A DNA stretch of 64,000 nucleotides from the human T2T-CHM13v2.0 reference genome, Homo sapiens, in NCBI RefSeq assembly GCF_009914755.1, contig NC_060931.1; one strand, written 5' to 3'. The notes below the pieces were generated by a model that searched no databases, was not told where the DNA came from, and saw only the letters and a program-made list of their open reading frames with translations. The position numbers and the translations under genes are program-made. Below are positions 1-17,392 of the stretch, piece after piece. The first letter of the stretch is position 1. Each line of letters begins with the position of its first letter.

Positions 1-1548
1 GATTCAACACTAACAGCACAATCCATAAGTAATGAATTAGTAAATAATACTTTATTAAGAAAACCAAACTTCTGCTTTTTGAAAGACACTATTAAGAGTC
101 TAAAAAGACAAGCCATATACAGGAGAAAATTTTCCAAAACGTATAGCCAATGAAGGGTGCATCCAGAACATATAAAGAAGTCCCAAAATTCAAAAATAAG
201 AAAACGAAAATTCAACTAAAAAGTGGAATAAATATTTGAACAGTAATTTCAAATCATATATATATATATATATATGTCTAGCAAAGAAGGACACTAGTCA
301 TTAGGAAAATGTAAATTATAATGACAATCACTATGTATGCCAAGTGCTGGTGAGGGTGTGGAGCAACTGGCTCTTTCTTATGCTGCTGTGGGAATGTAAA
401 AGGGTTCAGCCATTCTGGAAACAGTTTGGCCATTTCTTAGAAAATTAAGCATGCACTCACCATATAATCTAGCCATTCCACTCCTTAAAGGAAAATTTAA
501 GGCTGCACAAAAGTCTTAAACAAGTGTTTATAGAGGCTTTATCCAAAATCAACAAAAAGCCTGGAAAGCAACACAAATGCCCTTCAACAGGTGAGTGGAC
601 AAACTGTGGTGCGTCCCAAAGAATGGAGTATTACTCAGCAATGAAGACTGGATGATTGACACATGCAGCATTGATAAATCTCAAATGCATGATGCTAAGT
701 GAAGGAAGCCAGACTCAAAAGGCTTCAAACAGTACGTGTCCATTTATATGGAATCCTGGAAAGGGCAAAAGTTTCCTTGACAGAAACAAATCAGTAGTTG
801 CTCGGGGCTGTGGATCAGGAGTGGTGGCTACAAAGGAGTGACAACAGGGAATTTTGGAGTGTGGTGCAATTCTGTGTTTCGATTGTGGTGGTGGTTATGC
901 CATTAGGTGTATTTGTCAAAACCCACAGACTTGTTTACTAAAAAAGGTGAATTTTAGCAGAAAAATTAAAAATCAACTCCTGTTCATTAAAAGACACTGT
1001 AATGACAGGACAAGCCATAAAGATCTCTGCTCTATATAACCAACAAAGAAGAGATATCCAGAATACATAAAAGGTTTTATGAGTTAAAAACTGAAGAGCA
1101 AAATTGGCAAAAACTTGAACAATCACCCTACGGAGAGAGATAGAAACATCCATTAAATATGAAACGGTGCAAAATCACCTCAAAATGGCTTACAAACTTA
1201 AATGTAAGACCTGAAACTGTAAAACTCCTAGAAAAAAAAAAAACAGGGGAAATGCTCCAAGACATTGATTTGGGCAAGGATTTCTTGGAAATGATCCCAA
1301 AAACGCAAGTAACAAAAGCAAAAATAAACAAATGGAATTGCATTAAACGAAAAAGCATCCGCAGAGCAAAGAAAACAAGTAACAGAGTGAAAAAACAACC
1401 ACAACCACAGACGGGGAGAAAATATTTGCAAACCTCACATCTGATAAAAAAATTAACACCCCCAAATACATCAAGGGCTCAAAGGACTCAACAGCAAAAA
1501 ACCAAAGAACTCAATTTAAAAATGGGTAAAGGGCCCAAATAGACATTG
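1..1548 (+). mobile_element. Old L1 (L1M-type) ORF2/3' fragments
   Basis: L1 ORF2 C-terminal-like translation at 1159-1542 (LNVRPETVKLLE...DIDLGKDFL); degraded L1 3' motifs upstream. Confidence 0.75.
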
Positions 1549-1832
1549 TCCTGTAATCCCAGCACTTTTGGAGGCTGAGGCAGGCAGATAACTCGAGGTC
1601 AGGAGTTCTAGACCAGCCTGGTCAACATGGTGAAACCCTGTCTCCCCAAAAAATACAAAAATTAGCTGGGTTTGGTGGTGGGCACCTGTAATCCCAGCTA
1701 CTTGGGAGGCTGAGGCAGAATTGCTTGAACCCAGGAGAGGCGGAGGTTGCTGTGAGCTGAGATCATGCCACTGCACTCCAGCCTGGGTGATGGAGTGACA
1801 CTTCATTTCAAAAGAAAACAACAACAAAAAGG
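1549..1832 (+). mobile_element. Alu (5'-truncated, AluS-like)
   Basis: Alu dimer with A-rich tail. Confidence 0.9.
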
Positions 1833-1844
1833 AAAATACAGTAT

Positions 1845-2987
1845 ACTTACTCCTGCAAGAATGGCCATTATCAAAAAATCAAAAAATAATAGATGTTGGT
1901 GTGGATGCAGTGAAAAGGGAGCACCTCTACACTGCTGGTGGGAATGTAAACTAGTACAACCACCATGGAAAACAGTGTGGAGATTCCTTAAAGAACTAAA
2001 AGTAGAACTACCATTCGATCCAGCAATCCCACTACTGGGTATCTACCCAAAGGAAAAGAAGTCATTTTGAGAGGTGAAGCCTGCTGGGTGGGGACTTGGA
2101 GAACTTTTCTGTCTAGCTTAAGGATTGTAAACACACCAATCAGTGTTCTGTGTCTAGCTAAAGGTTTGTAAACGCACCAATCAGCACTCTGTAAAAACAC
2201 ACCAATCAGCGCTCTGTGTCTAGCTAAATGTTTGTAAATGCACCAATCAGCACTCTGTAAAAACGCACCAATCAGTGCTCTGTGTCTAAAGGTTTGTAAA
2301 CACACCAGTCAGCACTCTGTAAAAAACACACCAATCAGCACTCTGTAAAAACGGACCAATCAGCACTCTGTAAAATGGACCAATCAGCAGGACGTGGGCA
2401 GGGCCAAATAAAGGACTAAAAGTTGGCCACCCAAGCCAGCAGCAGCAACCTGCTCAGGTCCCCTTCCATGCTGTGGAAGCTTTGTTCTTTTGCTCTTCAC
2501 AATAAATCGTGCTGCTGCTCACTCTTTGGGTCCACACTACCTTTATGAGCTGTAACACTCACCAAGAGGGTCTGTGGCTTCATTCCTGAAGTCAGCCAGA
2601 CCACGAACCACCGGGGAGGAAAAAACCACTCCGGATGTGCCACCTTTAAGAGCTGTAACACTCACTGCGAGGGTCTGCAGCTTCACTCCTGAAGTCAAGC
2701 GAGACCACAGAACCACTGGAAGGAAGAAACTCTGGACACATCTGAACATCTGAAGGAACAAACTTTGGACACACCATCTTTATGAACTGTAACACTCACC
2801 GCAAGGGTCCGCAGCTTCATTCTTGAAGTCAGTGAGATCAAGAACCCCCTGGAAGGAACAAATTCCGAACACAATTTTACTAAAAAGATACCTGCACATG
2901 CATGTGTATAGCAGCACAATTCACAATTGCAAAAACGCAGAACCAGCCCAAATGCTCATCAGTCAGTGAATGGATAAAGAAACTGTG

Positions 2988-3034
<47 letters not shown>

Positions 3035-3400
3035 CGTACAATGGAATACTACTCAGCCATAAAAAGGAATAAATTAATGGCATTCACAGCAATCTGGATG
3101 AGATTGGAGACTATTATTCTAAGTGAAATAATTCAGGAATGGAAAACCAAACAGCATATATTCTCACTCATAAGTGGGGGCTAAGCTATAAGGATGCAAA
3201 GGCATAAGAATAACCTGATGGATTTTGAGACCTCGGTGGGAAAGGGTGGGAATGGGGTGAGGGATAAAAGACTACAAATTGGGTTCAGTGTACGCTGCTT
3301 GGGTGATGGGTGAACCAAAATCTCACAAATCACCACCAAAGAACTTACTCATGTAACTAAATACCACCTGTTTCCCAATAACCTATGGAAATAATTTTTT
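1845..3400 (+). mobile_element. L1PB-type 3' end, split by LTR12 and containing (TG)n at ~2992-3031
   Basis: L1 ORF2 end ([12 protein letters not shown]...[11 protein letters not shown]) resumes after the LTR; L1PB-like 3'UTR. Confidence 0.8.
2068..2873 (+). mobile_element. Solo LTR12-family (ERV9) LTR
   Basis: TGAGAGGTGAAG...GAACACA termini; ATTT TSD (2064-2067/2874-2877); tandem CCAATCAG repeats; repeated GTAACACTCAC U5 units. Confidence 0.92.
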
Positions 3401-3627
3401 TAATGGTATATATACACAGTGGAATACCATTCAGCCTTTAAAAAGAAGGAAATTCTGTCATTTGTAACAACATGGATAAACCTGAAAAACTTACTAAATG
3501 CAATAAGCCAGGCACAGAAAGACAAACATTGCATGTTCTCACTTATATGTGGAATCTCAGAAAGTCAAATTCATAGAGGTAGAGAGTAAAATGGTAGTTA
3601 TCAGAGACTGGGAATAGGGGTGGATGG

Positions 3628-4043
3628 TGTCTTAGTGCATTTTGGTTTGCTATAAAGGAATACCTGAGGGTGCGTCACTTATAAAGAAAAGAGGTTTATT
3701 TGGCTCACAGTTCTGCAGGCTGTACAAGAAGCATGGAGCCAACATCTGCTTCTGGTGAGGACCTCAGGAAGCTTCCACTCACTGTGGAAGGCAAAGTGAA
3801 GCTGGCACCACATTGCAAGAGAGAGAGCAAGAGAGAGGAGAGGAGGTGCTAAGCTCTTCTAAACAACCAGCTCTTGTATGAACTAACAAATGAGAACTCA
3901 CTCATTACCATGTAGATGAGACCAAACCATTCATGAGGGATCTGTCCCTGTGACCCAAACACCTCCCACCAGGCCCCACCTCCAACACTGGGGACCACAT
4001 TTCAACATGAGATTTGGAGGGGACAAACATCCAAACAATATCA
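3628..4043 (-). mobile_element. MSTB-type MaLR LTR inside an L1MA 3' end
   Basis: TG...CA termini, GATGG TSD (3623-3627/4044-4048). Confidence 0.88.
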
Positions 4044-4200
4044 GATGGGGAAAAGGGAGATGTTGATCAAAGGATACAAAATTTCAGTTAGACAAGAGGA
4101 GGATGCTTTAGTGGCCTATTTGCACCACATTGTGGCTGTAATAAATAATAATGCACTGTGTATTTCCAAAGACATGAAATGGCACAAGCCTCATTAGTCA

Positions 4201-4587
<387 letters not shown>

Positions 4588-5090
4588 CTAGAGATAAGCA
4601 CAGAGGTGATGAACTACAAAGAGAAACAAGCGCTGTAGAAAGCATGGTCTCTCGTGGAGCAGTGGAGGGCTTAAAGTTGGGAGGGTGATGTGTGGGGCTG
4701 CCAAGATGCCAGCTGTGGTCTTTTACTTGACTTTAACGGTGGTTACCTAAGTGTCTGTTTTACAGCCCTACGTATGTTTTTTTGCATGCAACAACAAAAA
4801 AAATTCAAGTCATGTCATCCCTCTGCTCAAAACCTTCCAGAGATTCCCTCTCAGCTAGAAGGCAAAGCTCTTCAGACCCTGTGACCTGCACTGTCCACCC
4901 CTGACTTTTTCACTCGCACAGATCCAGCTGCATTGGCCTCCAGACATGCTCCTACCTCAGGGCCTTTGCATGTGCTATTCTCTCTGCCGGACCAGTCCTA
5001 CCCTCAGACATTTTCACAGATCTCTCTGCTTCATTATTTCAGATCTTTACTAAAAACATGTCCTCCTTAGTGGGGACTTCCTTGGCCACC

Positions 5091-5790
<700 letters not shown>

Positions 5791-6122
5791 CCACCCTAAC
5801 TAAATGGTCTGCTCCTTCCCCCAAACGCACAGAACACACAGCCACTTCCTTTCTCTTTCCCTGCTGTCTCTTCCCTTTGGCACAATTACCACTTAGTGTA
5901 CTACGTATTTTGTCTAACAACATCTTGTTCATTGACTGATTTTCCTCTCTAAATCTAAGCTCTACAAGGACAGAAGTTTTGCCTCCCCCCTCCCACTGTT
6001 TTGTCCTCAACACTTACAACAGTGCCTGGCACATAATAGGTGCTCAGAAAAAAATGGTCAAATTCATCATCGTAAGGATGATTTTGATCTGATATGTGAA
6101 ACTCCTTTCCTCTCCTCAATAA

Positions 6123-6409
<287 letters not shown>

Positions 6410-6739
6410 TCAATAAGAAGTTTTGAAATGAAATTTACATAACATAAATGAACCATTTGAAAGTGTACAGTTCAGTGACATTCAGTACATTCACAACTTT
6501 GTGCAGCCACCACCTCTATGATTCCAAAATATTTCATCACCCTAAAAGGGGACCCTGTCCCCATTAAGCAGTCACTGCAAATCTCCTCTCTCCAGCCCCC
6601 AGCAACCATTAATCTGCTTTGCATCTATATGGGTTTGCCAATTCTGGATATTTCATATAAATATTATACATTTCACAGATGATATGTGACCTTCTTGTCT
6701 GGCTTATTTCACTTAGCATGTTTTTCTTTTTCTCTCTTT

Positions 6740-7560
6740 TTAAAAATAATTTCAACTGTTATTTTAAATTCAGAGGGTGCATGTGTAAGTTTGTTGCCTG
6801 GGTATATTGCACGATGTTGACGTTGGGGGTATGAATGATCCCATCACTCAGGTAGTGAGCATGGTACCCAATAGGTAGTTTTTCAATACTTGCCCCCATC
6901 TTCCTTCCACCCTCTAGTAATCCCCAGTGTCTATGGTTGCCATCTTTATGTCCATGTGAACCCAATGTTTATATCCCACTTACAAGTAAGAACATGTGCT
7001 ATTTGGTTTTCTGCTCCTGCATTAATTCACTTAGGTTGATGGTCTCCAGGTGCACCCATGTTGCTGCCAAGAACATGATTTCATTCTTTTTCATGGCTGC
7101 ATAGTATTCCATGGTGTTCCATGAATCTATATACCATATTCATTGTGGTATATATATATATATATATGTATGTATGTGTATATATGTGTGTATGTATACA
7201 TACAGATACACATATATACATGCGTATATACATATATACATATGTATCTGTATGTGTATATATATACACATACACACACACACACGTATATATCTGCATA
7301 TGTACACATGTATATACACACATATACACATATACATATATACATGCATATATACACATATGTATATCTGTATTTATATATACACATAGGCACACACATG
7401 TGTATATCTGTATATATACATGTGTGTATATACACACACACACCATGGTATACTATGCAAAAAGAATGAAATCATGGTGTGTATATATCACATTTTCTTT
7501 ATCCAGTCTACCATTGATGGGCACTTAAGTTGATTCCATGTCTTTGCTATTGTGAATAGT
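6740..7560 (-). mobile_element. L1PA/PB 3' end nested in older L1M, with (TA/CA/TG)n expansion at 7149-7441
   Basis: Reverse L1 3'UTR motifs; alternating purine-pyrimidine tract. Confidence 0.8.
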
Positions 7561-7800
7561 GTCACTTAGCATGTTTTCAAGGTTCATCCACATTGTAGCA
7601 CATATCAACACTCCATTCCTTTTTATGGCTTGACTAATAACAACTGTGTGTATAAAGCACATTTTGTTTATCCATTATTCAGCTGCTGGGCAGACATGTG
7701 GTTGCTTCCAACTTTTGGCTGTTGTGGAAAACATGGCTATGAACATTCATGTACAAACATTTCTCTGAATACTTGTTTTCAATTCTTTTGGGGGAATCTC

Positions 7801-8104
7801 TTTTTTTTTTTTTTTTTTTTTGAGATGGAGTCTTACTCTGTTGCCCAGGATGGAGTACAGTGGTGTGATCTCGGCTCACTGCAACCTCTGCATCCTGGGT
7901 TCAAGCGTTTCTCCTGCCTCAGCCTCCTGAGCAGCTGGGATTACAGGTGCTCACCACTGCACCCAGCTAATTTTTGTATTTTTTTAGTGGAGATGGGTTT
8001 CACCACGTTGGCCAGGTTGATCTTGGACTCCTGACCTCAGGTGATCTGCCCGCCTCGGCCTCCCAAAGCCCTGGGATTACAGGTGTGAGCCAGCTCACCT
8101 GGCC
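7801..8104 (-). mobile_element. AluS
   Basis: Reverse Alu with poly-T. Confidence 0.92.
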
Positions 8105-8340
8105 AAAGGCATCTCTTCTTAATACTGATGTCAGGAGCCTGCACCAGCTCCTTAACAAACACTTCACTAGGAGTTAGCATTATGTGGCTGAGGGATGTGG
8201 GAGTCAACTAGCATTGGCCTCAAATTCCAGCTCCGTGCTTATAACTTGTTCTCTGAGCCTGCCATTCCTCGGCTGTCCAGTGCAAAGAGGAAAGCTGTAA
8301 GGATTAGGGTTCCTGAACACAAAGTGTCTGCAGCATTTAC

Positions 8341-8377
<37 letters not shown>

Positions 8378-8389
8378 TTCTGTGTATGT

Positions 8390-8677
8390 TTTAGAGAGAC
8401 AAGGTCTTGTTCTGTTGCCCAGACTGGAGTGAGTACAGTGGCGTAGCTCACTGCAGCCTCGAATTCCTGGGCTGAGGCAATCCTCTGGTTTCAGCCTCCC
8501 AAGTAGCTGGAATTCTAGGCACCTGACACCATGCTAGACAATTTTTAAAATTTTTGTGTAGAGACGGGGTCTCCCTACATGGCCCAGGCTAGTCTCAAAC
8601 TCATGGCCTCAAGCAATCCTCCTGCCTCGGCCTCCCAAAGCGCTGGGATTACAAGCATGAGCCACCACGCTCAGCCG
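8390..8677 (-). mobile_element. AluJ preceded by (TG)n at 8344-8375
   Basis: Reverse Alu dimer. Confidence 0.88.
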
Positions 8678-10016
8678 AATTTTTCCTTCTATTATTATAA
8701 TTTGAAGGAGGATGATCTAATAGAAACCTTCCCTGACCTGAGCTGACACCGGTGATGTACCCCTGGATAAAGCATCTCTGGACCCATTTGCACAACTAGG
8801 ACCTCAGCCCTACATCCTCATCTCAGCACAGTTGGGATCTGAGAACATATGTAAGGGTTAGCGTGGCTGAGGCACCCCGGCAACCAAGGCTTGGGCGATG
8901 GTGTGATTGCAGGGAAGCGCCTTTGCAGAGGAACCGTCCGGGCTTCCTGCTATTGCACGGTCTGGACACCAGAGGGAGCCATGAGAACAGATTTTTAGCA
9001 GGACCCGCTGTGTGCGCTCCCGCGCAAGCCTGTTTGGATGGGAACGTGGTTTTGGGCAACCCCTGTGCAAAACCGCTGCCTCTGTTCAGGGGCATCCCTC
9101 CAGAAATGAGTGGCTTAGCTCTGAAGGTGACGATGCATGTGGGCTAGCTCTCCAGAAATCAGGCCGACTTGCTATAAACGCCCCATTCCGTCCAGCTCAA
9201 TGAATGGCCTTCCTTCTTTTCTCTCCCCATTCCCTTCCTTCTCGTTCTCCCTCCTTTCCTTCCTCTGTTTTTCCTTCCTAATGTGGACAGTTGCTGCTCT
9301 CATTCGTCTGCTTCCTCTAAGCTTGCATGGTTGGCATGCACATGTTTCTTACAGTAGAGTCATTCTGAAATGCGCCTTAAACTCTTGCGAGTTCATTTCC
9401 TATTGCCATCCACAGAAACCCCAAGTTGCTACATCCGTTTGCACTCAGAGGAAGCATTCCAGGCAGTGGAGTGTTCCTAGCGACCAGCGCGGGGCTCCTC
9501 CATGGTTTCTCATTAGGGGTCGTCTCGGGCTTAGCAGGCTCACTTGCAATATGGGGGTGAATTGTGCAGAAATGCATGGGCTGTTCAAGTTGACGGGGTG
9601 GGAGTGTTTCTGTTTTTCTCTCCAGCTGTGCTGCCAAGAGCCAGGGTTGGTCCCCGGTCTCAGATTCTATGTCTGACCCAACTCTAAGCTCCTGAGAGTC
9701 TGCCCCGGGAAAGTCACAGAACAGCGACAGGCGGGTCGCCCGGTCTGACCTCAGCCTGGTACTGAGTGCTTCTGACCCATTTCCTCGTTCACCCCTGCTG
9801 ATGCCCCAGCTGCACCTCCCCCCTCCCCCACCCCACAACAGCTGTCCCAGAGCCACCAGCATCAGGTTTCCAAGTTCTACTCCCCTCCCTTCACCATCTG
9901 CTTCACAAGGCCAGGAAGCCATTATGGTCCCTCCTTCCCATCTCCCCGAACTCTGGGAAGAAACATGGTTATATTGCCCAGGACATATGAAAGATGAATT
10001 TTAAACAACACACCCA

Positions 10017-10730
<714 letters not shown>

Positions 10731-11094
10731 CCCCTATGCAGGCTTGCACAGGGTGGTCAGGAATGGACTTCCAGCCCTCAGGTGACACCCATCTGCAGCC
10801 TCTAGCAAGCAGCTAGAAATCAGGAGAGATGGTCTTTTGTGAAAGATGTTGGGGTGCTATGGACGCCACACCCCTCAGGCCCTTATAAGGGGACAGAGGC
10901 GTGCTCCCTCTTGTCTCAAGCCCAGCTGGGGAGTGGGCTGCTTCTAGGACACCATGTAAAGGATTTGATATGTGTTCCTGGAGCAGGGGACCCTGTGGAC
11001 TGGTGTCTATTTTTTTTTTTTTTTTTTGACAATTTGATTCAACTTTATTATTTCTTTAGTTATTTAAACCTGAGTACTACAGCAACATTATTCT

Positions 11095-12850
<1,756 letters not shown>

Positions 12851-12853
12851 TTC

Positions 12854-13154
<301 letters not shown>

Positions 13155-13373
13155 TGCGTAGTTCTTTTATAATGCAAATTTTCCATGAACTTTTTGAAGA
13201 CCTCTCATGTATATATTCCTTGTGAAATGTGGAACTAATTTACATATTTGCCTATTTTTGGATAATTCTTATAAATCAAATCATAAACAATGTGTCATCT
13301 TTTTAAATATGGCTTCTTTCACTTAAAGTCATGCTTTAGGTTTACCCACACTCTACCTTATATTACATTAGTA

Positions 13374-13712
13374 CAGTAGTCCCTCTTTATCTGGAGTTTT
13401 GCTTTCTGGGGTTTCAATTACCTGCAGTCATCTGTGGTCTAAATATATTAAATGAAAAATTCCAACAATACACAATTCATAAGTTTCAAATACCATGCCA
13501 TTGTGAGTAGTATGCTGAAGTCTCATGCAGTCCCACTCCATCCTGCCCAGGTGGTGAGTCATTCCCTGGTCCATTATATTCACACTGTAGGTGGACATTA
13601 TCTGCCTATGAATCATTTAGTAGCTGGCTCAGGGATCCGATTGAAGAAAAGCATTTCAGGCTTCCACTGGGATTCTTGAAACATATCCCCCAAGGACAAA
13701 GGGGGATTACTG
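13374..13712 (+). mobile_element. MER44-type Tigger MITE
   Basis: TA|CAGTAGTCCCTCTTTATC...GGGGGATTACTG|TA terminal inverted repeats. Confidence 0.82.
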
Positions 13713-13790
13713 TACCTCATTCCTTTACTATATATATATATATAGTGTATAAATATACACTATATATATATATACTATATAGTATATATA

Positions 13791-14136
<346 letters not shown>

Positions 14137-14427
14137 CTCCTTTACTATATTTTTATCCATTAATTTATATTGTGGTAAAATATATATAACATACAATCTA
14201 TCATTTTAACCATGTTTGAGTCTGTAGTTCAGTGACGTTAAGTACATTCACAATGTTGTGCAATCACTATGTCCAGAACTTTTTCACCATCCCAACCAGA
14301 AACACTGTACCCAACAGACAATAACTCCTCATCCTCCCCTCCCCCTGTCCCCTGGTAACCTCTACTCTACTTACTATCTCTATGAATTTGCCTATTCTAG
14401 GTACCTTACATAAGTGGAATTATATAG

Positions 14428-14842
14428 TGCATTAGTTGGTTTTTGCATTGCTATAAAGAAATACCTGAGACTGGGTAATCAATAAGAAAAGAGGTGTAAT
14501 TGGCTCACAGTTCTTCAGGCTGTACAGAAAGCATGGCAGTATCTGCTTCTGGGAAGGCCTCAGGGAGCTTGCAATGATGGTGGAAGGTGGGGGAGTGGGG
14601 GAGCAGGCATCTCACACAGTGAAAAGCAGGAGCAGGAGAGTGAGGGGGGTGATACAAACTTTTAAACAACCAGATCTCATGAGAATTCACTCACTGTTGC
14701 AAGGACAGTACCAAGGGCTAAATCCTCCATGAGAAAGGTCTGCTTCCATGATCCACTCACCTTCCACCAGGCCCCATCTCCAAAACTGGAAATTACAATT
14801 CAATATGAGATTTGAGTGGGGACACAGATCCAAACTATATCA
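14428..14842 (-). mobile_element. MST MaLR LTR inside L1MB
   Basis: TATAG TSD (14423-14427/14843-14847). Confidence 0.85.
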
Positions 14843-15980
14843 TATAGTGTGTGTCCTTTTGTGTCTGGCTGATTCCACTTAGCATAATGTCCTCAGGGTT
14901 CGTCCATGTCGTTCCATGGATCAGAATTTCATTTCTTTTTATGGTGAATGGTGCTGCATTGTAGGGATAGGCCACATTTTTCTTATTCATTCCTCAGTGG
15001 ATGGACATTTGGGTAGTTTCCACTTCCTGGCTATCGTGACTAGTGCTGCTATGAATGTTTGGGCACATGTGTTTGTTTGAGTTCGTATTTTCAGTTCTCC
15101 AGGGCATAGCCCTAGGAGCGGAATTGCTGGATCACATAGAAATTCTGTGTCACTTTTTGAGAAACTGCCAAGCTCAGTCATCTGTTTTAATGGGCCCCCA
15201 ACGCCTTCTAGCAACTCTGATTTATTCTCATTTTACATATGAAGGAAAGCCAAGGTTCAGAAACATGTCCGAGGCCACAGCTCATAAAGAACCAGCCAAG
15301 ACAACAACCCAGATCTGTCTTAGGCCCACATCTGAGCTCTTTGCTCCTCCCAATGTCCCCAAGGCATGGCGTGGCTCTTTCTCTAGGTTGGACTGGGCCT
15401 GGTGCTGTGATCTCTGGGCTCCAGAGACAACTCTGTGCACAGTCCCATGTGACCTAGGACCTATCCCTCCTTCCAAATGACCCTTCCCTGAAGAAGAGGA
15501 CAGGACTTTGATTCTGGCCTCCCCTCTGCCTACAGCAGAGCTTGGAGATGGTCCCATGAGAGCTATGTCATGCTTGACCCAATGATCAGGTTACCAGCCT
15601 CGTCTCCTCTCCTTCTTCCCAGGACTTGGGAAAGGGTACCCTGGCTGTCTCACCAACTGAACTACTCTGACCTGAATCCACTGTTGTTCTCACTGTCCAG
15701 AAAACAGCCCTGGCCCATTTCCTTTACCTAGAGCCCACTGGGCACACTTACAGCCTTCCTACCTCTACCAGCAGCTCCCAGTCTCTCTCATCATGGGGCA
15801 GTGAAGGGGGACTTTGAGGTCAGGAACCTCCCACTAGGAGCATCAAGCCCAGTGGACGCAGGGCCCAAGGCCAGAGCTGTTGGGAGCCTGCAGAAATGAG
15901 AATAAAAAGAAGGCCGCAAAACTGAAATGCTATGAAACACTTAATAAAAGTTACAACTTCATTAATTAAACATTCTGGTT

Positions 15981-16477
15981 TGTTAAATACAATTAGGTTC
16001 CCTCTTCAAACAGCTTATCCAGTTTCCCTGTTCTCCATCCTATAATTCCAAACACCCCCTTGCCTTTGTTGCACCCCAACTTGTCTGAATATGCCTAGGC
16101 ATGCCTGAACTTGCTACAACCCCAGTCCACATTCCTTTCCTTATTAGGGAATAGGTTCCCTTCCTAGTACCCCCGTAAGTGACCCCCCTTCTGTCTCTTC
16201 TCACCCCCCTTATGTGCCAACCTTATCTAAGAAAGTTTAAATGTTTAGCCAATTGGGACTAATTTAGACTGTGGGGTCCAACCCTAGCCAACAGGGGAAA
16301 GACACAGCAGAAACTGTGTTAGAGATAATTAAAACCCCTGCTTTTCTTTGTTCTGGGTGCTCTCGCCGTTGGTGCATCTGTGAAACACACCCTCCTATGG
16401 GAGTAAATTGCCTTTCTGAGAGAATTTTTGTCTCAGTGCTGGTTCTTCTTTGCGGCACTGAGCATTTATTTCCAACA
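15981..16477 (+). mobile_element. 5' LTR (LTR10B-like)
   Basis: TGTTAAATAC...TTCCAACA; roughly 89% identical by eye to 29277-29748. Confidence 0.9.
16077..16116 (+). promoter_or_regulatory. p53 response element (4 tandem half-sites) in 5' LTR
   Basis: CAACTTGTCT GAATATGCCT AGGCATGCCT GAACTTGCTA vs RRRCWWGYYY. Confidence 0.75.
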
Positions 16478-16481
16478 AATT

Positions 16482-16499
16482 TAGTGGCCCATATGGGGA
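16482..16499 (+). other. Primer binding site, tRNA-Ile
   Basis: TAGTGGCCCATATGGGGA vs TGGTGGCCCGTACGGGGA (3 transitions, 2 at CpGs), just after the LTR. Confidence 0.85.
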
Positions 16500-16664
16500 A
16501 ACTAATCCTCCCCTGGGAAAGGGTCTCTGATCGCCTCTCGTGAGGAGACACGTCCCGCTGCCTTGTTGTGGCAGCCACAGTGTGATGAATAAACCTGGAC
16601 TGTCAGCAATGCAGGAAGAAAAGGCCTTCAGTTACTGGGGCAATCGGATAACTCTGTGCACAGA

Positions 16665-16871
16665 CCAAGGTAAGAAAGGCCATGGGAGCCGGCAAAGTAT
16701 TTCCTTGGTGGTCAGGACCAAGGCAAGAAAAGCTTCAGGGGCAGTGAAGTATTCTTTGGTTGGGATATACCAAGGCAAGAAAAGCCACCGGGGCGGTGAG
16801 GTATTCTTTGGTCAGGACACACCAAGGCAAGAAAAGCCGTGGGAGTCGTGAAGTATTCTTTGGTGGTCAGG
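16665..16871 (+). repeat. Four ~52-bp tandem repeats in the proviral leader
   Basis: CCAAGG(C/T)AAGAAA...GTATTC(T)TTGGT x4; first copy has AAG|GTAAGA splice-donor motif. Confidence 0.85.
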
Positions 16872-17050
16872 TTATCTTGGAGGTTGAAAGTGTGTGAAGG
16901 TGCAAGGAATCCCCAGTAGTGGGGTTGAGCCTCCAGGAAAAGGGGTACAAGACATGTCTAATATGAGAAATTGAGCCCCCATTAACCTCCAAGAGGGAGG
17001 TGCAAAAAAAATGTCTAATATGAGAGATTGAGCCCCCATTAACTTCCAGG

Positions 17051-17390
17051 ACGGGAAATATCCCTAGTAAAAGAAGAACTACAAAGGATCAAACACAAAA
17101 AAAAGCAACAGATAATAAAATATTGTTGTTTTATTTGGACCCAAGAACCAATCCTCAGATCCTCAGTTTTCTGGCCAAAGTTTGGGTCAAATAAGGAATA
17201 GATTTGTCAGCTTTTAGTAGAACATATTAATGACAAGAGTCCTTTCTCCCAGGAGGAAATAGATTAAGCCCTATGTTGGTAGTAGTGGCCTGACCCTCTT
17301 TACCTCCTAATGACTGCAGGAAGTAAGCCACAAGCCAACTCCTCTAAGCCGCCTAACACTCCTGACCCTAACCTCCCTCCCGCTCAGGCT
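17051..17390 (+). pseudogene. Truncated retroviral gag (MA/Pro-rich) remnant
   Basis: ACGGGAAAT (decayed ATG-Gly-Asn start), VFWPKFGS motif, stops, Pro-rich end. Confidence 0.65.
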
Positions 17391-17392
17391 GA

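Noticed and set aside
7081-7528. Multiple Y/I/H/C/V-rich ORFs
   Set aside because: Translation of microsatellite
9137-9922. 179-aa and 181-aa ORFs in unique sequence
   Set aside because: No recognisable domain or exon structure; consistent with chance
16665-16871. CRISPR-like repeat array
   Set aside because: Degenerate tandem repeats without unique spacers, in a retroviral leader in a mammalian genome
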